Shown here one piece after another: positions 40,801 through 55,979 of a DNA stretch of 64,000 bases; position 1 is the first letter of the stretch; every line of letters begins with the position of its first letter. The notes beneath the pieces are model-generated. The model was not told the origin of the DNA. It was given only the letters and a program-made list of their open reading frames with translations, and searched no databases. Where the stretch lies: NCBI RefSeq assembly GCF_006345805.1, contig NC_042997.1:211296001-211360000 (forward strand). Reading direction: 5' to 3'. The position numbers were made by a program, and so were the translations under genes. The stretch comes from Octopus sinensis (lineage: Eukaryota).

Positions 40801-43800
40801 ATACATCTGTTTGTTGTTTACACACCTGTCTTTGTCTGCCAGAGCGGCTAGCTGGCTTCCGTGCCGGTGGCATGTAAAAGGCACCATTTGAGCGTGATCG
40901 TTACCAGCATCGCCTTACTGGCACCTGTGCCGGTGGCATGTGTAAAAATATTTGAGCGAGGTCGTTGACAGTACCACATGACTGGCCCCCGTGCCGGTGG
41001 CACATAAAAAGCACCCACTACACTCACAGAGTGGTTGGCGTTAGGAAGGGCATCCAGCTGTAGAAACTCTGCCAAATCATGATTGAAGCCTGGTGCAGCC
41101 ATCTGGTTCGCCAGCCCTCAGTCAAAATCGTCCAACCCATACTAGCATGGAAAGCGGATGTTAAACGATGATGATGATACAAATTCTCATCATATATATA
41201 TATATATATATATATATTGATGCCAGCACCGCCTTGGCTGGCTTCCGTGCCGGTGGCACGTTAAAAGCACCAACCAATCGTGGCCGATGCCAGACTCCCC
41301 TGGCACCTGTGCCGGTGGCACGTAAAAAGCACCCACTACTCACGGAGTGGTTGGCGTTAGGAAGGGCATCCAGCTGTAGAAACACTGCCAGATCAGACTG
41401 AAGCCTGGTGCAGCCTCCTGGCTTCCCAGATCCCCGGTCGAACCGTCCAACCTGTGCTAGCACGGAAAACGGACGTTAAACGATGATGATGATGATGATG
41501 ATATGGTTGATGGTTATGATGGTGAAATAGTTGTGTGTACGTAACATAACTGACAAACTGAACCACTTATAGCTTATATATCATCATCATCATGATTTTC
41601 ATGTCTGTTCATTTCTATTGCTAGCATGGGTTGGGTTGGGTTATCTGAGTGGATCCAATCAGAGGAGGACCAGTGTCTCAGTTCCAGCCTGGTTTCTTTG
41701 GCTGGATGTCCCTCCTAATACCAGATGCTGGACAGACTATCCTGGCTGCTGGTTTATGACATCATTTGCATATATGATATATATATATCTTCTTTTATTC
41801 TTAAACTTGTTTCAGTCATTTGACTGCAGCCATGCTGGAGCACCGCCTTCAGTCAAACAAAGTGACCCCAGGACTTATTATTAGTAACTCTAGTAATTAT
41901 TCTATCGGTCTCTTTTGCCAAAGCGCTAAGTTACAGGGACGTAAACACACCAACATTGGTTGTCAAGCGATGGTGGGGGGATAAACACAGGCACACAAAT
42001 ACATACATATATATATACACACACACAATATATCTATATATATATATGATGGGCTTCTTTCAGTTTCTGTCTACCAAATCCACTCACAACGCTTTGGTTG
42101 GCCCAAGGCTATAGTAGAAACAAACAAACAAACAAACACTTGGTACATACAAAGACGGTCACTCTTCATCGTTTTATCATTTCATTATCCCTAAACATTT
42201 TATTTTATTCTTCATTCTGTTTTGCATTTCCTTATGTTCTGACCATTAAGACAGTTTTGCAATTTACAGTCAACCTCACCCCTGCACCCTCCCCCCTTTC
42301 TTTTTGTCTATCTCTTTATTTCTGTATTGTGTACTTTGATTATAATTGTATTTTGTCTATCTACGGCTTTAGTTTTGTCTGTAAACAGCTGAGAAAGACT
42401 CACTGCTTTTGTGTAGTATGCATTGTCACACTGAATCAGGTGATGTGAGGATACTTATTTAAACAATCACCTGAGGAAGTGCATTTCACACTTCAGAAGT
42501 ATGATAATGATTACATGACATCTCACCAATGTACGACAGGGGTAAAAAGGTGTTGAAACAATTGTTGTGATTTAAGTAAGGAATGTAATTCATTCCATTT
42601 TCTATCATTTATCTATTTTTATGTGTGTGTGTGTATCATCATTTAAAGTATGTTGTCCATACTGGCATGGGTCGGATGGTTTGACCAGGGCCAGTAAGCT
42701 GAGGGTGTGTACCAGCCTCTAGTCTGAATTGGCATGGTTTCTACAGCTGGATACCTTTCCTAACACCAACCACTTTGAGAGTGTAATGGGTGCTTTTACG
42801 TGCCAGTTGCATGGCACCAGTCTCTATCACAACTGTGATTTCACTAGGCTCGATGGGTCTTCTTCTCAAGCAGAGCATATGTTACAGGTTTCGGCCATTT
42901 ATCATTGCCTCCGTAAGATCCAATGCTTGAAAGGGTTTTGTTTTTACATGCCACCAGCAGAGGTGCTAGCTATGCAACACTAGCATCAGCCATATTGCTT
43001 CCATGAGGCCCAACGCTCAAAAGGTGCTCCTAACGTGCCACTGGCACAGGTGCTAGTTACACGACATCAACAATGGCCACATTGTCTCAATGAGGCCCAA
43101 TGCTCAAAAGATGATTTTTACATGCCACCAGCCTGGGTGCTGGTTACATGACACCAGAATCAGCCATGCTGCCTCTATGAAGCTCAACACTCAAAATGTG
43201 CTCTTACGAGGTGCTCAGTACAAGGGCCAGTTATGCTACACTGGCATTGGCCATGACTACGATCTCAGTTGGCTTGAAGGGGCTTCTCAAGCACAGCATA
43301 TCTCCAAAGGTCTCGGTCACTTGTCATTGCCCAACGTTCAAAGATCATGCTTTACCACATCGTCCCATGTCTTCCTGGGTCCACCTCTACCACAGATTCC
43401 CTCCACAGTTATGACATTGGCACTTCTTTACACAGCTGTCCTCGTCCATACGCATCACATGTCCATACCAGTGCAGTCGTCTCTCTTGCACACCACATCT
43501 GATCCCTCTAATGCCAAACTTTTCTCTGCAGATGCTTACACTCTGCCATACATGCACACTGACATTGCACATCTAGTGAAGCAGACTGGCTTCATTTCTC
43601 TCAAAGCATCCATTTCAGCTACTGACTCAGTCACCGAGATAACAGAAGCTATCTACTACCTCTAATTTATCCCACTGGCAGCTTATGGAATCTATTTTCT
43701 GTACATTTTTAGTGTTTATTGTACCTGTGCACCTTCCGCATGCAAAAACTATTTTTCCAGTTAACCTTCCTCTGATACTGCTGTGCTTCATATGTGTCCA

Positions 43801-46578
43801 CAGTTTGCACTGGGTACACCTTATGGAATTTCTACCTACACCTTTCCTACAGATCAAGCAGCGCCATCTACCTGAAGGGATCTGTGATTTGTCTACTCTG
43901 CTACTTACTAAGATTTTGGTTAAGTTAACTCTAAGGTCCTTCAATTCTAGGAAACATCTGAAATTCTTTCTCTAGTTTTGATAGTGATCTCAGCTTTAAG
44001 AACAAGGTCATTAGCAGAGGAGCTCCCAGGGGCAACCCATCTTAAACTGCTCTGTTATTGCCTGGAGGAGGGGCCTGAGAACCGACCCTACTTGTTCCCT
44101 GAGTTCTTCACTGTTTTCATTGCCAACCTTCACCTTACTGACAGCATCCCTATACATGCCTTGCACAGCTCTCACTAACAATTCATCTATCCCTAGTTTC
44201 CACACTAACCACCAAATAATGGATCAGGAACCCTGCCAAAGGCTTTCTTCATGTCAATAAAAGCCAGGTACAGAAGTTTATCTTTGGCCAGGTATTTCTC
44301 CTGCAGCTGTCTTACCAGAAATTTAGCATCAGTGGTGCTTCTACTTGGCACGAACCCAAACTGCATCTCATCAAAAGTAACTCCCTCCCTAATTAGTTGG
44401 GCTATCCCTCTCTGTGACCTTTATTACCTGATCTAACAACTTGATACATCTGTAATTATAGTATCTAAAGCATCACCTTTACCTTTGTAGCAGTGAACTA
44501 TGGTGCTGCTACACCAATCATTGGGTATGACTCCTTCATGAATTACCTGATTTACGATACAGGTGACAAGACCATAACCCACACCACCAGATATGTTAAG
44601 CATCACAGTAGAGATTTCTAAAGGGCTGGGGGCTTCCCCATCTTCATATCCATCATGGCTTCATCTGCCATGCTACCGTCAATTCTGACTGCTGGTCTCT
44701 CTGTTGGATCAACATTTGACAGACTCTCCTTGTCCCATGCGTTCCCTACGTTTAGCAACCGTTCATACTGACACTCGCAAGACTCTTCCTTTGCAGAGTC
44801 ACTAACTGCAAGTGAGCCATCATCCAGGCAATACATATAGGTATGTTTGTGTGTGTGTATATGTGTGTGTGTATGAATGTGTGTATGCATGGATGTATGT
44901 ATATATGTGTATGCATGGATTTATGTATATATGTGTATGGATGTATGTATGTGTGTATGCATGGATGGATGTATGTATGTATGTATGTATGTATGTATGT
45001 ATGTATGTATGTATGTATGTATGTATGTATATATGTATGTGTATGCATGATGTGTATGTGTATGTGTATGTATGCGTGTATGTGTGTGTGTGTGTGTGTG
45101 GAAACTGTGTGTATGTATGGTGGAGGATGACTGCAGAAAAACACGAAACTAATAAGGGAGATTTCTGATAGTTTAGTGGTCCCTGTGAATGACTGCCAAC
45201 AAGATGATTAGATCCTGTGTGCAAGGAACGAGAGCAGAATCACACAAAGGAATTACAACAGTACAAAACGGACACTGAGAAACATTCACCGTTTCCTCCG
45301 GCCCTTTCGCCTGCTTCTTTTCACTGAAGGTGTGGAAGCCATTATAAGGGGATGGCCATTACACTTCCATGTCAGTCAACATAATTTTAGTGTTTGAGAC
45401 ATGAAGACAGAACATCAATGTAAAAATTCTCAAGGTAGACATAGCCAACTACTTCAGAGAAACGACCAATTTAAGGAGAAAGAGACAACAGAATCAGGAA
45501 TTCCCCCCCCCCCCTCATTGAGGTTGGACAGGTCTCACAGCGTGTCCAAAACAGAATCAGGAATTCCTTCCCCTCATCGAGGTTGGACAGGTCTCACAGA
45601 ATGTCCGAAACAGAATCAAGAATTCCTCCCCCTCATTGAGGTTGGACAGGTCTCACAGCATGTCCGATATGGCATTCACTATATATTTTGGGCCACATCC
45701 AAAACCCCACCCTTTTACACCTTACCATCAGACCAATAAACACTAAAGGGGTTATCTACACACAGAATAAAGTGCTCCCGTGCACCTCCCACAGAACTGA
45801 GTTGGTATTCTTTTGATTTTTAAAAAAATACTTTTATTATTGGATGGGATATTTGTGTTTTCTTTTCGTTCTGTGCAAACTGTCAAATTCAGCCCAAACA
45901 CACTGTACGCTCATGTACACACCACAGACATACACATCTAAGTACGTACTCGAAGTTTCTGATTTTCTTCCTTCAGCTGAACCATTTCCACAGAGAAATT
46001 CTGATCAGGTAAACTTTCTGACTGAAAAAGAAGAAAAACTTGAGAGATAAATATTTTATTGAAAATGCAAATTTCTTGTTAAATCCTTATTTACAATATC
46101 AATGAAAGGGAGCATAGGGATGGCTGCCACATTAACAAGTTTGCAATCTATCTATAATGTGTGTGTGTGTGTGTGTGTGTGAGAAAGAAGGTGCTCATAT
46201 TTGTTGACGTAAAAAGCACCATCCAAGCATGGTCGATGCAAGGTCCTCCTGACTGGCTCCCATGCCGGTGGCACACGAAAACCACCAACCGAGTGTGTCC
46301 AATGCCCCAGACTGGCTCCTGTGCTGGTGGCATGTAAACAACACTACCCGTACGAGATTGATGCCAGGCAAGCCAGACTGGCCCCTGAGCTGGTGGCACA
46401 TAAAAAGCACCTATTACACTCTTGGAGTGGTTGGCGTTAGGAAGGGCATCCAGCTGTAAACATTACCAGATCAGATTGGAGCCTGGTGCAGCCTCCTGGC
46501 TTCCTAGACCTCAGTCAAACCGTCTGACCCATGCCAGCATGGACAGCAGACATTAAACGCCGACGGTGGGTGGATAGA

Positions 46579-46617
<39 letters not shown>

Positions 46618-47392
46618 TGTGGTGGATTCAATTCTTGGACCCGGCAGTGCACTGTGTTCTTCATTTCCCACTGTACCAATCCACTCAACTGTAAATGGCT
46701 AACTTTGCAATGGACCCCCCCTCCCCTCCCCATTCAGGGGAAATGTTGACCAGCTTCGCCCAGCCAACAGAGTGGCATCATTCGTAAAGCTAAAACAATG
46801 TGAAACACACTGTGACCAGTGATGTGTAATAACATCCAATAGTCAGGTCAATACTGCGATACTATGAGATATATATATAAAATAATAATATTAGGGATTA
46901 TATCCAAACTTACAGGGAAAAACCAACCACTCCAAGAGTGTAATGGGTGCTTTTTATGTGCCACTGTCACAGGAGCCAATCAGGGCAAGGGGGCTGGCAT
47001 TGACCATGTTCGGATCTCCAAGAGAGTAGGGAATGCCCCACACATATAAAAATTGCCTAATAGTGGTTTTATCTCTAATTTAATTTAATATATATACATC
47101 CGATGCCAGCTATCCGCCTCGTGGCCGATGCCAGCTCCGCCTCGTCTGGCTTCCGTGCCGGTGGCACATAAAATACACCAATCCGACCGTGGCCGTTGCC
47201 AGCCTCGCCTGGCACCTGTGCAGGTGGCACGTAAAAAGCACCCACTACACTCACAGAGTGGTTGGCGTTAGGAAGGGCATCCAGCTGTAGAAACACTGCC
47301 AGATAAGACTGGAGCCTGGTGCAGCCTTCTGGCTTCCCAGATCCCCGGTCGAACCGTCCAACCCATGCTAGCATGGAGAACGGACGTTAAAC

Positions 47393-47423
<31 letters not shown>

Positions 47424-47443
47424 ATATATATATATATATATAT

Positions 47444-47488
<45 letters not shown>

Positions 47489-50118
47489 CATACATTTATA
47501 TAGTTACCAACGTCGCTTCACTGGCACGTGTAAAAAGATTCGAGCGAGGTCATTGCCAGTACCGCCTGACTGGCCCCCGTGCAGGTGGCATGTAAAAAGC
47601 ACCCACTACACTCTCGGAGTGGTTGGCCTTAGGAAGGGCATCCAGCTGTAGAAACTCTCCCAGATCAAGACTGGAGCCTGGTGCAGCCATCTGGTTGCCA
47701 GCCCTCAGTCAAAACCGTCCAACCCATGTTAGCATGGAAAACGGACGTTAAATGATGATGATATATATATACATATATATATAAGCAAAGTTTAGGTAAG
47801 TTAAAATATGTTTGTGCCATATTTCGACTGTTAAAAGGCAAATTCACTCAACGTACTGCAGCTAAACTTTTTCTCTTATGGTTAAAAGGTGTGAAAACAT
47901 CATATCTTTCAGTGTTGCCATCTATCAGGATTCCCAGACATCAATGTTTCTTGCTCTTTGGCTTTTATCAATGGGAAGTACCTAAGGGAGGCAACTCAGA
48001 GCAAATCTTATAAAGTAACAGCTTCATGTAAAATGCAGTCAACAATGTTGAGTGATTTGCGCACACACACACACAAACACACATATGATGGGTTTCTTTC
48101 AGTTCCCACCTACCACATCTAGTCACAAGGCTTTCATTGGCCTGAAGCTATAGCAGAAAAGACTTGCCCAAGGTGCCATGCAGTGGGACGGGACCCAGAA
48201 CCATGTGGTTGGGAAGCAAACTTCTTAGCCCAACAGCCATGCCTGTACCTATATGCATGTGTAGGGAGGATGGTAGATTGGACAAAAGGGATTTCCTTAC
48301 TGTTTGGGTCAGTTGAGATATGTAAAGGTGAGATGTCTGACTCTGTTTTCCTCCCCCTCCTTGCATCAGCTGGTCCCGTTGTGAATGTAATTCCTCGTTT
48401 TCACTCTCAAGCTGCAATTAGACATAAAAAAACTCAAACAAACAAACTGATAAGATAACACAAAAATAAACCAAAACAACAGATCCTTCTCCCTTACACC
48501 ATTTTATTTTGTTACAATGGAGAATGGATGGAAGCACTCCGTCGGTTACGACGACGAGGGTTCCGGTTGATCCGAATCAACGGAACAGCCTGCTCGTGAA
48601 ATTAACGTGTAAGTGGCTGAGCACTCCACAGACACATGTACCCTTAACGTAGTTCTCGGGAATATTCAGCGTGACACAGAGAGTGACAAGGCCGGCCCTT
48701 TGAAATACAAGGTACAACAGAAACAGGAAGAAAGAGTGAGAGAAAGTTGTGGTGAAAGAGTACAGCAGGGATCACCACCATCCCCTGCCGGAGCCTCATG
48801 GAGCTTTAGGTGTTTTCGCTCAATAAACACTCACAACGCCCGGTCTGGGAATCGAAACCGCGATCCTACGACCGCGAGTCCGCTGCCCTAACCACTGGGC
48901 CATTGCGCCTCCACACAGTGGAGAATATTAAGTTGATAACAATGGTCAGACTCCAACACACATAGACGGTCGGAGCTCCTCTAAGCAAACAGTAAATATG
49001 GAGCAGAGATACAACGCTCCACAAAACACAGCAACCTTGTTGGTTGTGACAGTGGTGGGGTCACTGTAGATGAAGAAACAGGACCACAGTCCGACAATAA
49101 TTTCACTTTGTAACAGATCAGATATAAAGGCTGTGACATCAGACTGGTCAATTACTAACCACATGGTGTTCATAGTGTCACATGGTGGTCATGCTGTATA
49201 ACTAAACATGTGGTGGTCATTTCTGGAACCAAAGTGGTATCTGATAACCATTGTTGGTGTGTTTATGTCCCCATAACTAATGTTCCTGGGAAGGACATTA
49301 AGTAATAAAAAAAAAAGAGAGAGAGAGAGAAATGAACAATTCCCTGGCCCCAGTTTTTAGTTGAGGAGGAGGAAGAGGTGACCCTCCCCCATGCCCACAG
49401 TTCACACTTGTCAGAATAAGCTTATCCACAAGTAACCCCCAGAAACTGGGGTCAGCTTCATCTTGCCACTGTATAAACCAAGAAATGGAACATGGTAAAC
49501 TATAAACAAGATCAAGTACAGCTCTTTACCATCTCTGCCAACTGTTTTTATCATTATTATTATTGAGTGAGAGAGCAGTGCATGCCAACAAAGTGACACT
49601 GGGGTAAAATATACAAAGCCCAGTATACCCATCATGACTACCCGTCTGATAAGGGTACACCAGGCACATGCATCACAACCATATGTGCACGACATGGTGA
49701 TCTCATATCAAGATAAACAGCACATGACCTTGCAGGTGGGGCCCAGTTAGAATTTTCTTCAGGTTGAGTAGCCCATCCCGCTCAAAAGGTCCCTGAATAA
49801 GGGTTGTTTAAGGATGTTGAAAGAACCACCCATGTTTCCAGAGGTGAATTATTCAAACCCCAAAGAATCCCTCTCAACACATGGCTATGATGCTCCCCCA
49901 CTACTTCTGCTCGTGATCAGAGATGCACATATCGTTAGCCACTAAGGGACATGCTCAACTGGTTAAGGTCAAACAACTGACAAGCAAATCTGTGGTATTG
50001 AGCAGAATATTTGCTGTATCCCATCTTTTATACCAAGACAAAACAATGTACATGATAACACTTCCAATCAGTTAAGATCAGAAGCCATGAGAGCCACTGC
50101 CTGGTACAGCATCAGGGC

Positions 50119-50151
<33 letters not shown>

Positions 50152-50632
50152 GGTGGCAAGCAGGTAGACTCGTTAGCACACCGGATGAAATGCTTAAATG
50201 TATTTCGCTTGTCACTATGTTCTGAGTTCAAATTCTACCAAGGTCAACTTTGCCTTTCACCTTTACGAGGTCAATAAATAAAGTACCAGTTGTGTACTGG
50301 GGTTGATGTAATCGACTGGCCGCCTCCCCAAAATTCCAGGCCTTGCGCCTATAGCAGAAATTATTATTATTATTAAGGCAGGATCGTTAGCAGCCTTGGC
50401 GAAATACTTAGCAGCAAATTTGTCTGTCTTTGTGTTCTGAGTTCAAATTCTACTGAGGACGACTTCACCTTTCATCCTTTCGGGGTCAATAAAATAAGTA
50501 CCAGTTAATCACTGGGGTGGGGAGGTTCAATGTAATCGACTTAGTCCCTCACCCGAAATTGCTGGCCTTGTGCCAAAATTTGAAACCATTATTATTATTA
50601 TTACTATTATTATTATTATATTATTATTATTA

Positions 50633-50670
<38 letters not shown>

Positions 50671-51317
50671 CGAAGCTGACTTTGCCTTTCATCCTATCTG
50701 GGTTGATTAGATAAGTACCAGTTGCGCACTGGGGTCGATGTAATTGATTTAATCCTTTTGTCTGTCCTTGTTTGTTGCCTCTATGTTTAGCCCTCTGTGC
50801 GCAATAAATAAATAATTAGGATTAGGGTTTTGAGTAATGGATGGGGGGGGGGGAAATGCCATCAACTTACCCCGCCCCCATGAAATTGCTGGCCTTGTGC
50901 CAAAATTCGAAACCAACACTAGTGCCACCGCACATCACCAATATTGTCTTTCAATATTTCGCTCTTCCTTAAGAGCTTCAGGTATCTCTTAAACCCTTCC
51001 AAGAAGGTGTCTCAGCAGACAATGATTTAATGCCAAACTTACACGTTGCAATGAATTTTTCGTCCATTTTAGTTCCAGCTGAGTTTGATACAAGCAATGG
51101 TCAACCTCCTGCTTATCTTCACACTCTCTGAAATTAAAATTATTAAAAACTTATTAAAAAAAAAAATAAAATAAACAGGAGTGGCTGTGTGGTAAGAAGC
51201 TTGCTTCCCAACCACATGGTTCTGGGTTCAGTCCCATTGCGAGGCACCTTGAGCAAGTGTCTTCTACTATAGCCTTGTGAGTGGATTTGGTAGACGGAAA
51301 CTGAAAGAAGCCTGTCA

Positions 51318-51363
<46 letters not shown>

Positions 51364-54300
51364 CATATATATATATATATATATATAAATATATACATAT
51401 ATATATATTGTTGATAGAAACGGTAAGACAACAAAAGAAAGAAAGAGACCTTGATATTATGTAAATAGAGGAATTTATCTGTAAATGTAATATGTGACAA
51501 TTATTCAGTAGCCATGACAAAACTCCGAGTTTCGGATGCCGAGGTGGAAATCCATGCCGCCATGGATAATATGGCCGGATAACTGAAGAGATGGCAGCGT
51601 GGATTTCCACCTCAGCATCCGAAACTCGGAGTTTTGTCATGGTTACTGAATAATTGTCACATATTACATTTACAGATATATATATATATATATGATGATG
51701 ATGATGATATATATATATATATATCATCATCATCGTTTAACGTCCGTTTTCCATGTTAGCATGGGTTAGACGGTTCAACTGGGGTCTGGGAAGCCAGCAG
51801 GCTGCGCCAGGCCCAGTCTGATCTGGCAGTGTTTCTACAGCTGGATGCCCTTCCTAACGCCAACCACTCCGTGAGTGTAGTGGGTGCTTTTTACGTGCCA
51901 CCTGCACAGGTGCCAGACGGGGCTGGCAAACGGCCACGATCAGATGGTGCTTCTTACGTGATATATATATACAGTAATCCCTTGCCATATCACAGTTCAT
52001 TATTTAAGTCGATTCCTCCATAGTGTCATTTTGCATTTATAAAAATATAAATATATGCCGGTGGCACATAAAAAGCACCATCCGAATGTGGCCATTGCCA
52101 GCGCCGCCTCGACTGGCTTCTGTGCCGGTGGCACATAAAAAGCACCATCCAAACGATGCCAGCGCCGCCTTGGCTGGCTTCCGTGCTGGTGGCACGTTAA
52201 AAGCACCAACCGATCATGGCCGATGCCAGAACCCCCTGGCACCTGTGCAGGTGGCACGTAAAAAGCACCCACTACACTCGCGGAGTGGTTGGCGTTAGGA
52301 AGGGCATCCAGCTGTAGAAACACTGCCAGATCAGACTAGAGCCTGGTGCAGCCCCTGGTTTCCCAGACCCCGGTCGAACCGTCCAACCCATGCTAGCACG
52401 GAAAACGGACATTAAACGATGATGATGATGATTATAAAAAGAATTAAAAAAATATAGAATACAGTACTCTTTCTACTTAACAGATTTTTCCCCTATTGTG
52501 GGTGGGGTGGGGTACATAACACTTGCAATAGTTGAGGGATTACTATAGCGGTTGGCATTAGGAAGGGCATCTTGCTGTAGAAACCTTGCTGAATCAGATT
52601 GAAACATGGAGCAGCCTTCCGGCCTTCCAGTGAAACCGTCCAACCCATGCCAGCATGGAAAGCAGGCGTTAAACGACAATGGTGATGATAGGTGTATGTA
52701 TTTGTGTGTCTGTATTTATCCCCCCACCCACATCACTTGACAACCGATGTTGGTGTGTTTACATCCCCGTAAACTTAGCAGTTTGGCAAAAGAGACCGAT
52801 AGAGTAAGAACAAAGCTCGCAAAGAATAAGTCCTGGGATCAATTTGTTTGACTGCTGAAGGCAGTGCTGCAGCATGACCACAGTCAAATGACTGAAACAA
52901 GTAAAAGAATAAACCAAAGTACAGGCATGGCTGGGTGGTTCAGAAGTTTGCTTTCCAATCACCAGCTTTCAGGTTCAGTCCCACAGCATGACAGTTTTGA
53001 TTTAAAATCTTCCACCAAACCTTAGTCACAATTTATGTTCCTAATACTAGCTTAATGATAACAAAGTTATTTTATTAAACTCTTTGTTATATTTAAAAGT
53101 AATTGAAAGAAACCCAGAGCATCTCAACAGAAATGCAGTAACGAAAGGGTTAATGTGAATGGAACTTGTAGAAGAGAGAGAGAGAACCAGGAAGAATGGG
53201 ATGAAGTGGTGAAGGTTGATGTCACAACCTTGAGACTCATAGAGGAAACGATAAAGGAGACGACTGATGATATGCAGTTCTTGAGAAGAAACTGAAGCAC
53301 ATTCTTACCTGGGCCTCTCACCCAATTTCCACCTCAAAAATCCCCACCACCCTTCATCTCTCTAACTTCAGTCTTCTGATGCTGCAACTGAGTCTCAACA
53401 GAACTGCATACTTCTCCACCTTTCCCTCGGTATTATTTATCTTTCTCCAAACCTCAAGTCATCTTCCGTGTTATCCATCCTTCTTAATGCTGTCCCTCTC
53501 CACCTACATTTTATGTTGATCACCTCCTTCTCCACCACCAGATGTCTCTCAATCTCCCCATGTACTAATCTATCCTCCACACACACACACACACAGCTTA
53601 CAACCCGTCCAACCACTTATCAGCTCTCTCCTTCACTCTAATCCATTACAGATATTAGGACTCAGTTTAAGACACACTGGCCAATTGGGGATATTAAACC
53701 AAGTAAAGGGTTAAGTCCACCACTTCATATACATGATTCTGCTGATGGGCTTCCATACAATTTCATTTTACTTGTGTCACAGCTTCGTGGTTTCTGGTAA
53801 AATGTCTTTTACTATAGTCACAAACCTCTTAACCCAATAACCATGTCTCGTCTCTCTACAACTACTTATTCTGGCAATGTTAAGTTAATGAGATCACCTA
53901 ATTATGCTAATGAGATAACTCACGAATTACCTAATGAGCTTACCCCTTAATTACACATAGACATTTGCTTTTTAGCTGCTGTCCTCTTCCCATCCTTCAC
54001 CTTATGTTTTTTATGAAGCTGTGTCGACAGAAGACGGAATTAAGCAAATCGGTGAAACATCTCATGTGATGAAACATTTTCAGCTGTTTTAAGCGAAAAA
54101 TCCTCTTTCACAACATCAAATAATGTTGGTGCTTGTTTACTTCTAGCATTAACCCTTTCGTTACCAACCCGGCTGAAACCACCTCTGGCTCTGAGTACAA
54201 ATGTCCTGTTTTCATAAGTTTTGATTTAAAATCTTCCACCAAACTTTAGTCACAATTTATGTTCCTAACACTAGCTTAATAAGTTATTTTACTAAATTCT

Positions 54301-55339
54301 TTGTTATATTTAAAGTAATTGAAAGAAACACAGAGCATCTCAAAATAAATACAGTAACAAAAGGGTTAATGACATCTACCATAATTAATAATAATTAACC
54401 TTAAATTAATCAAAGAGGAAACTTAGCCAACGAACTTACTTTCTATAAAGCTGTTCCACTTTCTCTTGCTGTTTCTTACACTGACCCAATAAAATCTCTT
54501 CGTCTTTGCATTTGTCAGATTCCTCAGCCAATTTATATCTGAAATTCACCAAACTTACAATTAAACTTTAAGACACAGAAAGAAATAAAAACAGGGCTTT
54601 TTTATTGATGCCACAACCAACAGCTTTGACCCTTTTCTTACAATAAAATAAAAATGGTGTTTCCTTCTTGAGCCATGCCAGGCTCTTATGGTCCAGTCTC
54701 CAGGTTTCAGTGGTGCATATATATTCCCCATCACAGAATTACTCGTTTTTGCCAGCTGAATGGACTGGAGCAGTGTGAAATGAAGAGTTTTGCTCAAGAA
54801 CACAATATGTCACCCGGTCCAGGAATTGAAACCACAATCTGACAATCATGAGTCCAACATCCTAACCACTAAGCCATGTGCCTCCCTTTTTATTATATTC
54901 CTTTTGGAATCCACAGCCTTCGTTGCACTTAACTTTGATAATAATTAAGAATTTAGTGAACTAACTTTGTCATTATTAAGCTGACATTTGGTACAGAAGT
55001 TCCCATGGAATTTTGATGGGAGAAGGCTTTGGTTTAGATCCCTTCAAAACAGAGAGTTTGCATCATAAGAACCAGATGCAGCCACAGATTTCAAAAGAGT
55101 TAAACACAAAATGCCCCACAACCCCACCGAAGACATATTTGCAGATGTATGGACAAAGGAAAACTTACTTCATGTCACTGATCTTTGCCTCTAAACCAAT
55201 TTTGTTTTGTTCCAGAGCAGCTTTCTCTTGAGATACAACTTGCAGTTTCCTGAAATATAACATGGACACACATTACATATATATATATATATATATCATC
55301 ATCATCATCATTGTTTAGCGTCCGTTTTCCATGCTAGCA

Positions 55340-55393
<54 letters not shown>

Positions 55394-55943
55394 CAAATAA
55401 GAAAATGGAGAAACAAATTTGGTTTGTTCATCAACTTACGGATATTATAACGTTGGATTATTTATTCATTTAACAAAATGAGAACATCAAAAGCATACAT
55501 ATATATCTTATAAATCAATAGATAAGATGATAATACAAATACAGATTTTAAAAGTCATATTATAAATTAATGAAATCCTAAAAATCACTTCTTACAGCTG
55601 TTTCAGCCTGTGGGCAAAAGTGAATCTAATTACAGACACACACAAATTTATATATAGAAAGCAAGAGAGATGGAGAGAATAAAATATTACCCAACAATGA
55701 AGTTACATGAGAAGCATAGGCACATTGCGCGCACATGCACACGCACGCACGCACACACACACACAATCACAGCAGGCTTCCACACAATTTTTAACCAGCA
55801 AATTCCACTGACAAGGCATTGGTCCTCTTCAAGAGATAAAGTGGAATCAAACCAAGACCGGAAGTGAACTTCTTAACCATACAGCTATAAAAATTAATGA
55901 GAAATCAAATTGAAGTCATTATGCCAAAATAATGTTAAACAAC

Positions 55944-55979
<36 letters not shown>

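Noticed and set aside
42465-42510. CUGAGGA plus AGUG/CACU stem (hammerhead-like)
   Set aside because: GAAAC and stem III are missing; too decayed to call.
44752-45224. Long ORFs of YIHT/MYVC type (similar ORF at 51143-51733)
   Set aside because: Microsatellite translations.
45285-45330. Exon-like segment ending ACG|gtgaat
   Set aside because: The nearest acceptor puts TGA first in phase 0, and no consistent frame was found.
55585-55612. GAAACAGCUGUA half-hammerhead on the minus strand
   Set aside because: No CUGANGA core upstream; at most a remnant.
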